In this document: piece after piece, positions 61,031 to 64,000 of the stretch
How positions within the stretch are numbered: the stretch's first letter is position 1
Layout: the number at the start of each line of letters is the position of its first letter
DNA from: Sphagnum compactum
Taxonomy: Eukaryota
Reading direction: 5' to 3'
DNA: 64,000 nucleotides
NCBI GenBank assembly: GCA_965153455.1
Contig: OZ234493.1
Location: 15,800,213-15,864,212, forward strand
Position numbers and translations under genes: made by a program
The notes under the pieces: model-generated
Databases searched by the model: none
Told to the model about the DNA's origin: nothing
Seen by the model: only the letters and a program-made list of their open reading frames with translations

Positions 61031-62225
61031 GGCTCAAAGGAAAGAAGCAAAAGGGGAAAAAAAAGAAAAAAGAGAGTAAGAGTGAGGAAAGGTGACGAAA
61101 AATAAAGAAAAAGGAAAAAAAGTTTAACTCTATGATTCAGACTCCAAACTTCAAAATCTAAACAACACAAAAACACTAGAAAACACAACATGCACAACAC
61201 CCAACCTTTGTGAACACAAGTGAAAAAAACGCAAGAAGAAGAACTAGGGTAGAAAAGTGCATTTCATTAAAAAATTAGGATTTTTTGGAAGTGGATGTTG
61301 AATAATGAGGTGCCTCCACCTAACCCTAGTTTTTTCACATAGGATTCTCTTGAGACCATTACTCGGGTAAGGGGTCAGAACTTAACAGGGTCTCATTATT
61401 TTTATTTTTAAAAATAAAACTTAACTGGTTATCACCATCCGGTTCTCACACAAGTGAGAATTGGTGATCCAATTTTGAGGCAGGGTATCACTCAAGGGTA
61501 CCGTAAGGGGTTCAGACTCTGATGCTTGGCTGATGCCCGAGGGGATTTGTGATACCCACCCAACACATATATATATACATATATCCACCTACTTGTTAGT
61601 TCTCAAAAAAATTCCAAGAATTGATTTTGGTCATGGTTCTCAAAAAAACTGAAAAAAGTTTAAAAAAAGAAAAAAAGCCAAAGAACCAACCAGGAGAACC
61701 ACTGATTCTTCCATGAAAATCGTCAATTCTATAATTTAAAAAATAAATTAAAAAAATCAGAACTGATGATTCTTTGATTCTGGTTCCTTTTTCAAAGAAT
61801 CAAAACCAACGGTTCTTTAAAAAGTCCAAAATCAAAAGTGTACAGATGTTTTGTTCGGTATTAGACATAAAGTTACCCGTGAGTGTACGGATTGTTCGTT
61901 AATAGAACAAATTCCATGGGTGTTAGATTTCTGTGGGCACCATTGGTGTTGGTGTCGGAAAGTTCTCAAGAAGGGACCATGCTTATTTATCCGGCAAGCA
62001 ATTTCCTCTTCTTTAGGGACGGGCCCAACGAAACAAAAATTCGGAAACATATCAATAGCCGCTCTTTCCTTTTCTCAAGCCTAATGTTATGTATTGACAA
62101 ATCGGTTGTGACAACTTTTGTGCTGAAAAGGGGAAAGTAGTAAGTTTTGGAACTTTCATAAGAAGTCGCAAAAGTGAGTAAAAGTTCTCTCCCTCTTCTT
62201 TGCCTACAAAAATCATGTGATGTTA

Positions 62226-62929
62226 GAGCATCTCCATGAGTGCTCAGAAAGAATGTGACCCTGTCCAAAATAATTTTCACGTCCATGTTTAGTTATTTAC
62301 TTTTTTGCAACCCCAGCCATAAAACTGAAACTGGTACAGCAAGCAAATAGGTGGGGAACTACTAATAGCAAACCACTTGGACCAATCATTATCATGGGCC
62401 AATAAGAAAACACTGAGATCATGTCTATTGCACTGTTTTCTGTGGGTGCACAGCATTGCTGCGCCTTTTAGTAGCAACTGAAACTGGTACAGCAAATAGG
62501 TGGGGAACTACTAATAGCAAACCACTTGGACCAATCATTATCATGGGCCAATAAGAAAACACTGAGATCATGTCTATTGCACTGTTTTGTTTTCTGTAGG
62601 TGCACAGCATTGCTGCGCCTTTTAGTAGCAACTGAAACTGGTACAGCAAATAGGTGGGGAACTACTAATAGCAAACCACTTGGACCAATCATTATCATGG
62701 GCCAATAAGAAAACACTGAGATCATGTCTATTGCACTGTTTTGTTTTCTGTAGGTGCACAGCATTGCTGCGCCTTTTAGTAGCCACAGCAAAGTCTGCAA
62801 TAATGAGCAAAGTCTGCAATAATGTTGAGCCAAAACCAATTTCCTGAGCCAAACCGACGACATGTTTTGACATTTCTTCATCCAATTATACTGTGCAGGA
62901 TCACATACTGAGCATGGCTGGAGATGGTC
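62226..62929. mobile_element. Tourist-like (PIF/Harbinger) MITE with an internal triplication of ~153 bp
   Basis: TIRs GAGCATCTCCA (62226) / TGGAGATGGTC (62919-62929, 1 mismatch) with a perfect TTA TSD (62223-62225, 62930-62932). Internal unit repeated at ~62323, ~62476 and ~62630. Confidence 0.88.
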
Positions 62930-63010
62930 TTACGAGGTTAACACAGTCCTCTGTGCTCAGATCGCTTGATTGCTTAAAACACCGCCCAGTACGAACCTTG
63001 TGGTTGTCAG

Positions 63011-63402
63011 TACTACGACATGCATGTGGGCCACAGTGAGCCAGCACCCACCAGCGCACCATCCACTAGATGCCTGTTGTGGATGAACCTCAACTGAGTT
63101 AATATGTGGTTTAACCTTGGTAACCAATTCTTTAGGAAATAGGTCTCATAAATAGGTAGATAGGTAGGAAAATAGGCACCTTCTAAGTAAGTAGATGGTT
63201 TATACATAGGTAAGGGCTGTTTTTACTACCTACCCACTAACAACTTGCTTGTGTAGGTTTTAAAAAAAAAAGCAACTGAGCTAAAACAGCATGGTTACCT
63301 AGGGAACAGAAAGCTGTTTCCTGACCACTTACCATTCATCCATCATGATGCGATGGTGGGTGCTGGTTCACTGTGGCCATGCCATGCCATGCCCTCATAG
63401 TA
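63011..63402. mobile_element. MITE-like element with ~25-33-bp subterminal inverted repeats
   Basis: GGCCACAGTGAGCCAGCACCCACCA (63029-63053) vs TGGTGGGTGCTGGTTCACTGTGGCC (63354-63378), 1 mismatch; outer TACTACGA / TCATAGTA. No clear TSD. Confidence 0.65.
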
Positions 63403-63508
63403 ACCACGATTGGGTGGGTACCCATTTGGTGTGCTAGAATTGTTGATTCCAGTTCTAGCTAGTAAAAAGGGAATCAAAACTGGGTCTGATTTTTGAAACA
63501 ATACTGTA

Positions 63509-63699
63509 GTACCTTGGCCATTTCAACACATGTCTGTGGAAATAATTAATTAATTTTGAAATTTTTCATTTCAAGAAATGGAATATTCCTAAATATTCAC
63601 TATTATCCATCACTTCTTTTTTTGATTTGGAAGAAATAATTTTTGAAAATTTCAATATTTCTGAAAATAATATACTTAATGTCGAATTGGCCAAGGTAC
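63509..63699. mobile_element. TA-flanked MITE (~191 bp; Tc1/mariner-type by TSD)
   Basis: TA|GTACCTTGGCCATTTCAACA ... TGTCGAATTGGCCAAGGTAC|TA: 20-bp TIR with 2 mismatches, AT-rich interior. Confidence 0.7.
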
Positions 63700-64000
63700 T
63701 AAGGTAATCACAATGGGACCCAAATCATTTTTTAATTGGGAACCTTCTCATCCCATTTTAAACATGATTTGGGTCCCCATTTGAGTCCCTAAATGAATCA
63801 GTTCTATGTACATGTGGAACTGGAATCCAAATTGAGATCCATGGGAAATTTTTAAAAAAAAAAAAGTGAAACCCTAATTTGAGACTAATTGCAATTAAGT
63901 GTCAGTTTTGGTCAGGGTTTGATTTTCAGAACCCGACCCTAGAGCTAGATACCTCAATTCCATTTATGTGTGGAATGGGAGATGAATGTTCAGGGCCAAA

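Noticed and set aside
60414-61200. Leu/Cys-rich ORFs up to 237 aa
   Set aside because: Products of a low-complexity repeat next to the hAT remnant.

Overview
AT-rich eukaryotic nuclear DNA from a land plant. The gene content, spliceosomal introns, telo-boxes and repeat landscape look bryophyte-like, possibly Sphagnum; that taxon is an inference from overall pattern only. Four protein-coding genes are well supported: a DUF1191 single-pass membrane protein (-), mitochondrial TIM17 (-), a 13-exon FAM185A/DUF4097-like beta-repeat protein (+) and the replication licensing factor CDT1 (-, 7 exons, E2F sites upstream). The rest is decayed transposons (Sola-like/DUF7869, PIF/Harbinger, hAT), a solo LTR plus an older copy, several MITEs and many minisatellites. 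The most notable unannotated signals are: (1) a 41-bp-stem hairpin at 20832-20941 downstream of a telo-box and intron-bearing minus-strand leader, which looks like an unrecognised MIR gene, possibly inside a Helitron; (2) a predicted TIM17 intron that splits the last Lys codon so spliced and unspliced RNAs encode the same protein; (3) probable UTR introns and a long in-frame N-terminal extension in the DUF1191 gene; (4) a compact E2F+CHR module upstream of CDT1. No rRNA, tRNA or CRISPR arrays were seen. All exon models were built by eye from GT-AG sites and frame continuity.
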